A DNA stretch of 64,000 nucleotides from an uncultured delta proteobacterium. Its GTDB lineage: Bacteria; Desulfobacterota; Desulfobacteria; Desulfobacterales; JAFDCJ01. Under the pieces are notes generated by a model, which saw only the letters and a program-made list of their open reading frames with translations, was not told the DNA's origin and did no database searches. The stretch spans positions 640,001 to 704,000 of the forward strand of contig CAVYNY010000022.1 in NCBI GenBank assembly GCA_963769935.1. The letters are read 5' to 3'. The translations under genes and the position numbers were made by a program. Each line of letters opens with the position of its first letter. Within the stretch, counting starts at the first letter, position 1. This document shows positions 30,290 through 40,874 of the stretch, piece by piece.

Positions 30290-31439
30290 CGCAAACCCCG
30301 CTGTCGATGGCCTTAATCACGGCGATAACCTGGGCAATGCCCTTGAACATCGGCTCAATTTCCATGGTGGCCTTTTCCGTGTAATAGTTCTCGCCAAAGG
30401 TGATGCCAAGGGTTAAGGCCGGGATCTTGTATGAAAGAAATATGGAAAGCGCTGACTCGGTTGATTTGCTGATCGGCTTGATATCCAGTGCTGCCAGAAC
30501 CGCAGCCGCGCTCTTTACCATCGGATGATTGAATTTTAATCTGGCCGCTTTCAGATTGCTGATGGTTTTTATGCTCAAATCTACTTCATTTTCGTGACTG
30601 ATCCCATCGACAATATCCTTAATGTTGCCATAAATCGACTTGACCATTCTGTAGGAATCACTGCGAATTTCAAAGCCCAGGGTGGCCTCATAGGCAATTT
30701 TACCGTGATTGACCCCGCCGGCTATTTTCCCGATGACGATGCGTGAGCGCGGTCTCTGGGGAAGATGCAGGCTCATGATTTCGTTGATAACTTCATTTAA
30801 TATCAAAATGGCATTGGGCGTGAATTTATACAGGGCACCCTTTTCTTCGGAGATGGTGCATTGGATTTCGCCTCTGATCATGCCGTCCGAAAAGTAATTG
30901 AGCCGTCCCAGGTCGACACCCTCCAGACAAATGGCCCCTCGAATCGGAGTCGGCCAGGTTTTTAACAGGTGCCGGACGCCCCGCAGGTTTCCCTTGCCGA
31001 TGGATTGAATGATGCCGGCCAGCACGATGTTCGATTCAAAACGGATACCCAGTTGTTTGAAAAGTATCGGCAGCGACATCAACACGCCGACCCCCAGGGA
31101 GTTGTCCAGAATTCCCGGGCCGGTGATGGAATCTTTTTTGATAGTGTAATTGTGATCGAAGTCCTTATCAAAAAAGGTATCCAGATGGGCCACCACGAAA
31201 ATAGGCGGTTTATCGGAAGCCGTGCCGCGAATGATTCCAATCGGGTTGCGATAGCCGTCGGTCGTAACTTCATCGACCCCGAACTCGGCCAGCCTTTCCA
31301 TGAAGACCGCGCTGCGGCGCTTTTCTTTAAAGGTGGGTGCGGGTATCTGGCCGATCAAAACGACATTGGTGATGATGATATCGCGGGCAGCTTTGATTTC
31401 AGTGACCAGATTCGGCAGGTTTTGGAGAAAATCTTCCAT
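30282..31439 (-). CDS. Peptidase M20/M28-fold protein with degenerate active site
   Basis: PAPTFKE, VAHLDT, GPGILDNSLG retained; the usual GEEG reads QSIG. Confidence 0.8.
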   Translation of the reverse strand: MEDFLQNLPNLVTEIKAARDIIITNVVLIGQIPAPTFKEKRRSAVFMERLAEFGVDEVTTDGYRNPIGIIRGTASDKPPIFVVAHLDTFFDKDFDHNYTIKKDSITGPGILDNSLGVGVLMSLPILFKQLGIRFESNIVLAGIIQSIGKGNLRGVRHLLKTWPTPIRGAICLEGVDLGRLNYFSDGMIRGEIQCTISEEKGALYKFTPNAILILNEVINEIMSLHLPQRPRSRIVIGKIAGGVNHGKIAYEATLGFEIRSDSYRMVKSIYGNIKDIVDGISHENEVDLSIKTISNLKAARLKFNHPMVKSAAAVLAALDIKPISKSTESALSIFLSYKIPALTLGITFGENYYTEKATMEIEPMFKGIAQVIAVIKAIDSGVCDE

Positions 31440-31842
31440 CGGGAATTCCTGACTTTTTATCCGGCGGTCGCCTCACCCTCGGTCAGGCAACCCGTATGGC
31501 GATCATTGCGGCTTGAGACGGTCGTTTGTCCGGTGTGCAGCCAACCGCACGCCGGGTGCCAAAAAGCCCATGCTCCTTCAAAGCCGACGGAGAGCAGACG
31601 GTTCAATCTATACCAAAACCGATAAAAAGGTCAATGTTTCTTTGATTTCAGCGGCGCCGCCGGCCTGAAAGCGGCCGGTCTGATCGAAGAAGAAACTCAA
31701 TCGTTCAGCGCATAGCTCGCAGCCTCCGGCCCATAGGGCCTGCGCCCCGGTGGGAGAACGCCGGGAAAGAAAAATATAATTAATCTCCGCGATCTCTGCA
31801 CTCTCAGCGGTAAGGAACTTCGTAAAATGGTATCGGATCTAA

Positions 31843-33384
31843 TCAAGTTTCATATGAGGCCGCCCGACTGCCGTAATAGCTTAATATCGCATCGCATAAG
31901 CCGGGGATGGTGAAGGATTTGGCGGTAATCTGGACTTCAAAGCCTGCTTCAACGGCCGTATCGGTGGTAATCGGACCGATGCTGGCAACGGCAACACCGG
32001 CAATCAGGTCTTTGAAATTTTTCGAAGGTAAAAGCGCCTTGAAATTTTTAACGGTGGACGAACTGGTGAAGGTAATGAGATCAACGGTCTTGGCATTCAG
32101 CCGTTCGATGAGCAGCTTGGCGTTATCCTGTACATTTTCGGTTCGATAGGTGGTCACTTCATCGACCTGGGCCCCCAGCGTGCGCAACTCGTCCGGCAGC
32201 ACCGGCCGCGCTCCGGCGGCCCGCGGCAGCAGAATTTTTTTGTCTTTCAAATCTTCTTGGCGAAAGGCTTCAACCAAGGCTTCCGCCCGGTAGTCGGCCG
32301 GGATAATGTCGCTTTTTAATCCGTAGACGAATAGTTTCTCGGCCGTGACCGGGCCGATGGCGGCGGTTCGCAGACGGTTTAAGGCGCGGACATCCCGGCC
32401 CAGGCCAAAAAGGCGTTCAAAGAAAAATTTAACACCGTTGACGCTGGTGAACACAATCCAATCATAGGTGTTCAGCTTATGGATGGCATCGTTGAGGGGC
32501 TTGGCGTCATCCGGGGCAACGACCCGGATGGTTGGATACTCCAGGCACTCGGCCCCCAGGTCGGACAGCCGTTTGATCAGGTCGCTGGCCTGTTCGCGCG
32601 CCCGGGTAACGACGATCCGTTTACCCAGCAACGGGCGGTTTTCAAACCATTTCAGACTTTCTCTCAATTGCACAACTTCGCCGACCACGATGATCGCCGG
32701 CGCTTGGAGGCCGGCTTTTTTTACCCGCTCGGCAATGTTGTCAAGGTTGCCGGCTACGGTTTGCTGGGCGGGTGTGGTGCCCCAGCTGATCAGAGCCACC
32801 GGCGTATTCGGCGACCGGCCGTTGGCAATTAATTTTTGGGTGATGTCCGGTAAATTTTTTACCCCCATGAAAAACACCAGGGTTCCAATTCCGCGGGCCA
32901 AGGCATCCCAGTCGATGTTTGATTCTTCCTTGCGGGGGTCTTCATGGCCGGTAATGAATGCCAGCGTGGCGGTGAGCTTACGATGGGTCAAGGGAATCCC
33001 GGCATAGGCCGCGGCAGCGACAGCCGATGTCACACCGGGCACCACCTCAAAAGGAATTCCGTTGGCCACCAGTTCTTCAGCTTCTTCACCACCACGGCCG
33101 AAGATAAACGGATCGCCGCCTTTTAGCCGACAAACTTTCAGACCGGCCTCGGCTTTTTTCACCATCAGGGCATTGATCTCAGCCTGAGGCAAGGTGTGAT
33201 CACCGCCTTTTTTGCCGACATAAATGAGTTCGGCGTTTTTCCGAGCGTGTTTCAACAGCTCCGGTGAGGCGAGATAATCATAGACAATGACCTGGGCGTC
33301 TTCAATACATTGCCGGCCTTTGACGGTAATCAAGCCCGGGTCTCCGGGGCCGGCGCCGACCAGATAAACTTTAGCTTTAGCCAT
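31843..33384 (-). CDS. cobA: Uroporphyrinogen-III C-methyltransferase / uroporphyrinogen-III synthase fusion (CobA-HemD)
   Basis: VGAGPGDPGLIT, RLKGGDPFIFGRGGEE, VVTRA, FTSVNGV, FTSSSTV, IGPIT. Confidence 0.95.
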   Translation of the reverse strand: MAKAKVYLVGAGPGDPGLITVKGRQCIEDAQVIVYDYLASPELLKHARKNAELIYVGKKGGDHTLPQAEINALMVKKAEAGLKVCRLKGGDPFIFGRGGEEAEELVANGIPFEVVPGVTSAVAAAAYAGIPLTHRKLTATLAFITGHEDPRKEESNIDWDALARGIGTLVFFMGVKNLPDITQKLIANGRSPNTPVALISWGTTPAQQTVAGNLDNIAERVKKAGLQAPAIIVVGEVVQLRESLKWFENRPLLGKRIVVTRAREQASDLIKRLSDLGAECLEYPTIRVVAPDDAKPLNDAIHKLNTYDWIVFTSVNGVKFFFERLFGLGRDVRALNRLRTAAIGPVTAEKLFVYGLKSDIIPADYRAEALVEAFRQEDLKDKKILLPRAAGARPVLPDELRTLGAQVDEVTTYRTENVQDNAKLLIERLNAKTVDLITFTSSSTVKNFKALLPSKNFKDLIAGVAVASIGPITTDTAVEAGFEVQITAKSFTIPGLCDAILSYYGSRAASYET

Positions 33385-34318
33385 TTTCAGTTCCCATTGT
33401 CTGCAGCTGTTCCAATATCTTACCCGCACCCCGGGAAAGAAGCTGTTCCGCGAGATCGATTCCGATGGACTCTGAAGACGCCACGGGACCCGCTAACTTT
33501 GATTTGAACACCTGTGAACCGTTCAGGTCCGCTACCAGGCCGGTGAGGTGAAATTGGCGGCCCTGAATCTCGCCGTGACCGGCGATGGGCACCTGGCAGC
33601 TGCCGCCCAGGCGGTTTAAAAAGGCGCGTTCCCCCATAACGATCGCCCGGGAGTCGGGATGATCCAGGGCGGTTGTCATCGATTCGATATCCGGATCGGA
33701 CTGCCGGATCTCAATGCACAGGGCACCCTGTCCGACCGCCGGAAGCATAAGGTCGGCGTCCAGGTACTGGGTAATGCGGTGTTCGAGTTCAAGCCGTAGG
33801 ATGCCTGCTGCCGCCAGAACAATGGCGTCCAGATCGTCGGATTGCAGCTTTTTGAGGCGTGTATCCAGATTTCCCCGCAGCGGCACGATTTCAATATCCG
33901 GCCTGGCATGGCGCAGCTGGGCGGCGCGGCGCAGGCTGCTGGTTCCAATCACCGCCTCCCGGCGCAGCTCGGCAAAGCGCCGGGCGGATTTCGATATCAA
34001 CACATCGGCGGCTTCTTCGCGCTGCGGAATCGCACCGATGCAAAGACCGTCCGGTATTTCCCCCGGCATATCCTTCATGCTGTGGACCGCGATATCAATG
34101 CGATGATCCAGCAGGGCCTGTTCGATTTCTTTGACAAAAAGGCCTTTGCCGCCCACCTTGGCAAGCGGCACATCCAGAATCTTATCGCCCTTGGTTTTGA
34201 TGGTAACCAGTTCGACCGGCTGTCCGGGGAATTTTTCGTTCAGCGCCGACTTGACCCATTCGGCCTGCCACAATGCAAGCTTGCTGGCCCGGGTACCGAT
34301 TTTGATGGAGATATTCAT
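33377..34318 (-). CDS. hemC: Hydroxymethylbilane synthase
   Basis: GTRASKLALWQ, GKGLFVKE, VHSMKD, GTSSLRR, RGNLDTRL, GGSCQVP. Confidence 0.97.
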   Translation of the reverse strand: MNISIKIGTRASKLALWQAEWVKSALNEKFPGQPVELVTIKTKGDKILDVPLAKVGGKGLFVKEIEQALLDHRIDIAVHSMKDMPGEIPDGLCIGAIPQREEAADVLISKSARRFAELRREAVIGTSSLRRAAQLRHARPDIEIVPLRGNLDTRLKKLQSDDLDAIVLAAAGILRLELEHRITQYLDADLMLPAVGQGALCIEIRQSDPDIESMTTALDHPDSRAIVMGERAFLNRLGGSCQVPIAGHGEIQGRQFHLTGLVADLNGSQVFKSKLAGPVASSESIGIDLAEQLLSRGAGKILEQLQTMGTENG

Positions 34319-34545
34319 GCGTGGCCGCACCCGGCACAACTGCCGGCGGAGCAGCCGCCGCAGGAAGAGCCGGCCGAGGATGACACGGTCTGGCCGCCGG
34401 AACCCTTACTGACAAAACCGCAGGCGGACATGAGCCTGGTCACCTTTTTGCTGTTGCATTTGGTGCACTCCGGGGTATCTGAACCGATGATCAGGCATTC
34501 AAAATTTTCTCCGCATTTCTGGCAGTGATACTCATAAATCGGCAT
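34315..34545 (-). CDS. FmdB family zinc-ribbon protein
   Basis: MPIYEYHCQKCG..CTKC; Cys-rich tail; ATGA overlap with hemC. Confidence 0.9.
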   Translation of the reverse strand: MPIYEYHCQKCGENFECLIIGSDTPECTKCNSKKVTRLMSACGFVSKGSGGQTVSSSAGSSCGGCSAGSCAGCGHA

Positions 34546-34954
34546 TCAATTTCCTCCTTATTAATCCGCATTAATCCGCCCTGAAAAACAGGAGGTTCAG
34601 GGTTGTATAATATTCATTTAAAACCGAATAAAGTCATTAGATCGAAGCTCCGGCGGATTAATTACTTTAGGCTTCGCATTTTATTATGTCTGTTTTTTTT
34701 GTCTTTTCAATTTCATTATTTTTCAGGTCGATAAATTAAAATCAAGACAAAATGATAATCATCGACGATTAGAATTCAAGATATCCAAAAACCAGCGGCC
34801 GCCGGAAGTTTGGGAGTGCACTCTTCTTTTTTGCATTGAACGGCAGGCCGCCTTTACGTGATTGTATTCCGCTGGATATATTATTAACAATCTTCATCCT
34901 TTCTCCTTCAGTCATATTCCCTCTGCCCTGCGCCGTTGGCCCTTTGCCCCGCGT

Positions 34955-35902
34955 CTATCCGATCTCTTCGATAACACCCGCAGCGATCAGAGGCAGCAGA
35001 ATTTCATGATGTCCGACGAGGTTGAATCCGCGGCCGCCTTTGGCTGTGGGCCGGTTGACCACATTCGTAAGGGGACGGTAATGCTTGATGAAATCCAAGT
35101 TGACCGTGGTAAAGTCCGAAAGTTCATACCCCAGATTGCGGGCCAGGGTGGCGGCCTTTAGAAATATTTCCGGCAAAATGACGGCCGACCCCACGTTTAA
35201 ATAAACCCCCTTTTCAAGGGCGGCTACAAGGGAGGCAAACAGGCGAAAATCGCGGTGGGAAGCTGCGCCGGCTCTTGCCGCATCAAATTCAGGATGCATG
35301 TGAATAATATCGGTACCGATGGCAACATGAACGGTTACCGGAATGCCCAGACGGGCGCCCGCCGCCAGGATACTTTTGTCCGCCAGAGGCAGCCTCTTTT
35401 CCAATATTACCCGGCCGACCGCCTCGCCGAGTCCCGTCTTATCATCAGCAGTGAGCGCCAGGGCATCCGCAATAAGCCCGCAGGTTTCCCGTGCCATGCC
35501 GAACGAACCATCACCGATGGCCGCGGCGACATCCTCGGAGGTTTGTCCGAGCAGGGCGAGTTCCAGATCATGGATGATGCCCGCGCCGTTCATTGCCACA
35601 GCGGTTATGATGCCGCGTTCCATCAGGTCGATGACGACGGGATTGAGTCCGACTTTAATTACATGGGCGCCCATGCCGAAAATGATGGTCCGTTCAGTTC
35701 GATAGGCCTTTATAATGGCGGATATGACGTCTTTAAGCTGCCTGCCGGCCAGGATGTCGGGCAAATTCGCCAGGAAATCGCGGTAGGAGGATCCTTTCCG
35801 CCAGGTTTTGGCAAAATCGCCGGTGCTGACTTTGCTTTTACGGTCGGCCAAGCTGTAAGTATGGATGCCGCTTAGGTCGATAGGTTTGAATTTGTCGGAC
35901 AT
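34955..35902 (-). CDS. Conserved hypothetical protein (GSU2086-like, deoxyhypusine synthase-like fold)
   Basis: GMGAHVIKVG, NGAGIIHD, GSAVILPE, GHHEILLPL; family recalled from memory. Confidence 0.7.
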   Translation of the reverse strand: MSDKFKPIDLSGIHTYSLADRKSKVSTGDFAKTWRKGSSYRDFLANLPDILAGRQLKDVISAIIKAYRTERTIIFGMGAHVIKVGLNPVVIDLMERGIITAVAMNGAGIIHDLELALLGQTSEDVAAAIGDGSFGMARETCGLIADALALTADDKTGLGEAVGRVILEKRLPLADKSILAAGARLGIPVTVHVAIGTDIIHMHPEFDAARAGAASHRDFRLFASLVAALEKGVYLNVGSAVILPEIFLKAATLARNLGYELSDFTTVNLDFIKHYRPLTNVVNRPTAKGGRGFNLVGHHEILLPLIAAGVIEEIG

Positions 35903-36183
35903 ATTATTCCTGGGGGATCTGTTGTTTGTTATTGGTTATTGGATACTTGTTGTTCAGAAGACTTTGTTCTCAATCAGGCGTATTTGCCTGATGTAAGTTG
36001 TCTGTTGTGTGTTGTTTGCTGGGCAACGAATGAATTAATAAATACAGGTTAGTTACGTCTGCGGTCTGCAGCCAGACAACAGACCGCACATAAATTTTTA
36101 AAAATATGAATTTAGGACGAATTGGCAGTCATTTTCATAATTACTCCGAATTCCTCGTTCCCCATTACGTTATTCATAGCTCC

Positions 36184-36765
36184 CTAATCCCTAAATTCAT
36201 CGGGGTACAGCTTTCTTTCCAGCAGCTCGCATAGAATATGACCCAATGTAATGTGGCTTTCCTGGATTCTGGCGGTTGTATCGGACGCCACCGAAAAAAC
36301 CAGGTCGGCACAGGCCGCCAGTTCACCGCCGCGCCCGGTCATGCCGATGGTTCTCATCCCAATTATACGTCCCGATTTTATGGCCTTGATGACATTGGCG
36401 GAATTGCCGCTGGTACTGATGCCCCAGGCAATGTCTCCCGGCTTACCGAGGGCTTCAATCTGTTTGGCAAAGATGTCGACAAAATCATAATCATTACCAA
36501 TGCTGGTGAGAATGGAGGTGTCCGTTGTCAGGGCGACGGCGGCCAGGGGAGGGCGTTCGATCTGAAAGCGGTTGACGAGTTCGGCTGCCAGATGCTGGGC
36601 ATCGGCCGCGCTGCCGCCGTTGCCGAAGATAAGTACCTTGTTGCCCGCTGTGATACAGTCGGCCAGCATCTCCGCCGCCTGCCGGATGGTGTCGATATTG
36701 TTTTCGATGCAACTACGCTTTGCCGCGATGCTGTCTTCGAGTATATTCAGGATGATTTTTTTCAA
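36184..36765 (-). CDS. gmhA: D-sedoheptulose 7-phosphate isomerase
   Basis: GNGGSAADAQH, GNDY, ISTSGNS, RIQESH; start 36765 or 36789. Confidence 0.95.
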   Translation of the reverse strand: MKKIILNILEDSIAAKRSCIENNIDTIRQAAEMLADCITAGNKVLIFGNGGSAADAQHLAAELVNRFQIERPPLAAVALTTDTSILTSIGNDYDFVDIFAKQIEALGKPGDIAWGISTSGNSANVIKAIKSGRIIGMRTIGMTGRGGELAACADLVFSVASDTTARIQESHITLGHILCELLERKLYPDEFRD

Positions 36766-38086
36766 TTTCTTTAATATCCGCCGAGGCATCGTAACCCAGT
36801 TTTACTGCCATTTTAAACTCTTTCAAGGCGTCTTCGAAGCGGCTTTGATTGGAATAAAGCCGGCCCAGGCGATAACGGAAAAGACCGTTGTCGGGTGCCA
36901 GTCCCACGCTCTCGCGGCAGAACATCAGTGTAATTTCCGGATTTTCGCCCTGGACATCAAACAGACATCCCAGGGACGACATGGAGGCTGCATCCTGCGG
37001 ATTCAGCTTAATGGCTTTTCTATAGGCCGAGATGGCCTCCTGCGGGCTGTTGTCGGCGGCATAGCAGTCACCCAGAAAGCGATACACCGCACCGGATTTC
37101 GGTTCGAGCGCTGCCGCCCGCTCGAGAAATGGCCGGCCTTTGGCCGATTCACCCAGATCCAGATAGAGCTTGCCGGTTTGGAAAGCCACTTCATAAGCAG
37201 CGCCGTTTATTTTATCCGCCGCAAGGAAAAGTTCAAGGGCCCGTTCCGGCTGTTCCGTCAACACATGGACCAATCCCAGGTTGTAAAGGGCCATATACTC
37301 TTCAGTTTCTAATGACAGGGCCGATTCGAATTCTTTGATCGCCTTGGGATAGTCGCCCTGCAGACCATAGCATACGCCGAGGCTGTTGTGCACATTGAAA
37401 TTGGAGGGGTCAAGTTCGAGTGCTTTTTTAAACTCGGCGATGGCCTCCTGAATTTGGCCCTGTTCATAGAGTTGGTCACCGCTGATATTCAAACTGACAC
37501 TGTCGAAAATCACCGCGCTGTCGGGACCCAAAAAAGTTGCATGTTCAAGGGCCTTGCGGGCATTGTCCAGAATTTCGGATTTCTGATACGCAAGGGTGGG
37601 ATATGCGGCAACGCCGACCGTAATCGTCTGCCGGGTATTGTCCTTCAGGCGTCTCTGAACATCGCGGGCCATCGCAAGGGCTTGCGTTCCGGTTTTATCC
37701 GGGAAAAATCCGCTCAGCTGTCCGGATTTAAAGGCACCCCACATTCCGTTTTCTTCCCGGCACAGCGACGCCAGGATTGCGAAAACTTCAGCCGGCCTGC
37801 CAACCGGTTCCGGACCGGCCGAATTTTCATCTCCCGGCAGGGCCGGATCCAGCCGGATTGCCATGGCGGCGAACCGACCGGCAGATTCCAGTTGTTGCAG
37901 GGCCTGATCGAGGAAGTGAGCATCCCAAAGTATATCCGGATAAGTTAGTTGCAGCACCCGATCCGCGTCGTCGCTCTCATGACGGTCGACTTCTTTTAAA
38001 CGCCCGGTGTCCGTCTTGGAAAACAAAAAGGGCCGCGCAGATCCGCGGCTGGGAAGCAGGGAGGTTTTTCCAGCGGTCATGTTCAT
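36713..38086 (-). CDS. Degenerate GGDEF-like domain plus TPR repeats
   Basis: ITVGVAAYP..ILDNARKAL (end of GGDEF fold) with no GGDEF motif, followed by several TPRs. Confidence 0.8.
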   Translation of the reverse strand: MNMTAGKTSLLPSRGSARPFLFSKTDTGRLKEVDRHESDDADRVLQLTYPDILWDAHFLDQALQQLESAGRFAAMAIRLDPALPGDENSAGPEPVGRPAEVFAILASLCREENGMWGAFKSGQLSGFFPDKTGTQALAMARDVQRRLKDNTRQTITVGVAAYPTLAYQKSEILDNARKALEHATFLGPDSAVIFDSVSLNISGDQLYEQGQIQEAIAEFKKALELDPSNFNVHNSLGVCYGLQGDYPKAIKEFESALSLETEEYMALYNLGLVHVLTEQPERALELFLAADKINGAAYEVAFQTGKLYLDLGESAKGRPFLERAAALEPKSGAVYRFLGDCYAADNSPQEAISAYRKAIKLNPQDAASMSSLGCLFDVQGENPEITLMFCRESVGLAPDNGLFRYRLGRLYSNQSRFEDALKEFKMAVKLGYDASADIKEIEKNHPEYTRRQHRGKA

Positions 38087-39507
38087 ACTCTTTTCAGCAC
38101 AGTTTCAAAGGCCGACCGAATAATCGGCAGATCATCTTCCTGGAGAGTTCTGGGGTCCACGACAAACCCATCATCTTCGATGCGTCCGATAATCGGTGGG
38201 GAATTTTGGCGCATATTTTTTTCCAGGGTGTTGACCGATATGCCCTGAATCTTTATTCTCAGGCATCTGCTCGGCAGATCCAAAAGCGGCAGGGCACCGC
38301 CGCCGGCCTTGGATGAAAGATCGACCAGGGTGATTTGCAGACGGGAGTCGCCGATTTCATTGAGACTTTCAGCAAGTCGGGACGCGCGGTTTACGATTGC
38401 GTCCAGGTGCATGGTCAACATTCGCAGAGTTGGAATGGTGCGAATTGCTTTTTCTTCCTCACGATATAAACGCAAAGTGGCTTCCAGGGCCGCCAGGGTC
38501 ATTTTGTCGATGCGCAGGGCTCGGGCCAGCGGGTTTTGCCTGACCTGGTCCAGGATCGGTTTTTTACCAACGATTAATCCGGCCTGAGGACCGCCGAGGA
38601 GTTTATCGCCGCTGAAAGTCACCACATCCGCTCCGGCGGCGACCGACTCCTGCACGGTCGGTTCTTTGACCAGACCGTATTTTGAAAAATCGACAAACGT
38701 GCCGCTGCCGAGGTCTTCCATGACCGGTTGGCCGTGCCGGGCGCCCAGCGCAACCAGTTCCTTCAGCGAGACTTCGGCCGTAAATCCTACGATGCTGTAA
38801 TTGCTGCGATGGACCTTCAGCAACAGGGCGGTGCGCTCATTAATCGCCAGTTCATAGTCTTTCAGATGAGTGCGGTTGGTAGTGCCGACTTCTCTTAAAA
38901 TCCCCCCGCTTTTTGCCATTACATCCGGTACTCTGAAGGAGCCGCCGATTTCCACCAATTCGCCCCGGGAGACGATGACCTCTTTGTTCCTGAGCGATGG
39001 TTTCCAGGCAGAGCAGCACCGCCGCCGCATTGTTGTTGACCACCAATCCGGCCTCAGCGCCGCTGATCTCACACAGGATTTCTTCGATGCTGCTGTAGCG
39101 GGAGCCCCGTTTGCCGGCCTCAAGATCGTACTCCAGATTGGAATAGCAGCCGGCAATCAGCGCCACGTTTTCCAATACCACTTCCGGGAGCAGTGAACGG
39201 CCCAGATTGGTGTGTACGACGACTCCGGTGGCATTGACGAGATGCTTCAAATTCGGGCGTCATGGCCCTGCCGACGGCTGCCTTGACCGAATCCATTATC
39301 AGCGCAATCCGGCAGGCTTTCGGCGGCGAGGTTTTGATCGGCGGCCAGAATACGACGGCGGCGGGAATCCAATGTCTGCCGGACGGAGCTGACCACCACC
39401 GTTTTCGGAATGTCCTCGAAAAACGGGTCATGTTTGCAACGCTCCAGGACCAGATCCACGCCGGGCAGCATGCGCAGCAGCTTTTGCTGATTGTCGGTTA
39501 AATTCAT
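38083..39507 (-). CDS. selA: L-seryl-tRNA(Sec) selenium transferase, three +1 frameshifts
   Basis: [54 protein letters not shown] motif [12 protein letters not shown]; extra bases near 39306, 39255 and 38989. Confidence 0.93.
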
Positions 39508-39509
39508 CT

Positions 39510-40874
39510 TTACTTTTGCCCCAAGGCCAGTTCCGGTGACGATTCAAATACCCGCAGCGGGATAAGGTCCACAATATCGGGAAATCTTTCAATTGACAAT
39601 CCCAGAACCGCCAGCCTGGCCGAAAGGGCGGCAGTATCCAGCCGGTCGAGCTCCAGGCCGGCGTGGAACCTGGACATCAGAAGATCCGCCAGATAAACGG
39701 TGTGCGCCAGTTCAAGATTTTGGATAGCGTTTTCCGGCTTGTGATGATGCCGGATAACGTCGATTAAAGATTCCGGAAAGGACCAGCGGCGGGCCAGCTC
39801 GCTGCCGACCTCCGTATGATCGATGCCGAGAATTGTCTTTTCGGTTTCCGAAAAATTATTTTCTTCTTCATTCAGCTTGCGGTAAAAAAGGGGATACGCC
39901 GAGCTCACATATTGATCGAGTACGACCTTGCCGATATCATGCAGCAGCCCCGCCGTATAGGCCGAGCCTGGTTTTACCCGGCCCGTCAAATCGGCCAGTT
40001 TCTCCGCGATGACGGCCGTACCGATCGCATGATGAAAAAGACCGCCCTTGCACAATGAATATCCCGACCCCGAATAGCTGAAAAAGTTGTCCACTGAAGC
40101 GGAAATAACCAGTTTAATAAGCATTTGCAACCCGATGTAAATCAGGGCATGATCAAGGGACTCGATTTTATTGCTGCCGGCAAATATGACACTGTTGCAA
40201 AGCTTCAGCGTTTTAGCGCTGATCACCTGATCTTTGCGTATTTCCGTGGTCAGCGCTTTGATATCGTATTCCTCCTCATCGATCAGCCGCAGAATTTTAA
40301 GCGCGACCTGGGGTATCGGCTGGATGGACTCCAGGGACTGCTCGATTTCCCTCGTCGATGGTACCTGAATTTGAGTCCGGCTGCCGGCGGCAGCCTTATC
40401 AAAGCCGGATGGTTTGATGTCACACTGCCAGGTGGTTAAATCCAGACTCAAACTGCAGGTAAAAAATCCGCCGGTTTCTGATTGTTCGATCGGAATATTT
40501 TCTTCTTTGAGAAAGCTCATGACCGTTTCAGCCGTCCGTCCGCCGATGTCCAATTGCAAATCCCTGCTGAACACGGGGCCCACCAGGGCGCCGCCGGCAA
40601 TATAGGCTTTTAGATGTTTTTTTGAAGCACCTTCATCGAAAAGGGACTTGAGAAAAATGGGGAATCCGGTTGACGCATACTTTTCCGGCTGGAAGGAGCC
40701 GGACAAAGAAATCGGCTCGGGCAGCAGCAAATGCATCAGGCCGCCCACTCCCGTTTGCGCGTCGTAGAGGGCAACGCCGACGCAGGTCCCGAGAAAAGCC
40801 TCAAGAACAAGCGGTTTCATACGACTTATGTAGTAACTGCCGGAGGCAACATGGTAGTGCTGTCGAGTTTGCAT
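39510..40874 (-). CDS. CheD-like deamidase fused to an HDOD domain
   Basis: N-terminal LGTCVGVAL..GGLMHLLLP, AGGA, IGGR; C-terminal LKLCNS, AGLLHDIGK, DHTEVG..W.FP..IRHHH. Confidence 0.85.
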   Translation of the reverse strand: MQTRQHYHVASGSYYISRMKPLVLEAFLGTCVGVALYDAQTGVGGLMHLLLPEPISLSGSFQPEKYASTGFPIFLKSLFDEGASKKHLKAYIAGGALVGPVFSRDLQLDIGGRTAETVMSFLKEENIPIEQSETGGFFTCSLSLDLTTWQCDIKPSGFDKAAAGSRTQIQVPSTREIEQSLESIQPIPQVALKILRLIDEEEYDIKALTTEIRKDQVISAKTLKLCNSVIFAGSNKIESLDHALIYIGLQMLIKLVISASVDNFFSYSGSGYSLCKGGLFHHAIGTAVIAEKLADLTGRVKPGSAYTAGLLHDIGKVVLDQYVSSAYPLFYRKLNEEENNFSETEKTILGIDHTEVGSELARRWSFPESLIDVIRHHHKPENAIQNLELAHTVYLADLLMSRFHAGLELDRLDTAALSARLAVLGLSIERFPDIVDLIPLRVFESSPELALGQK

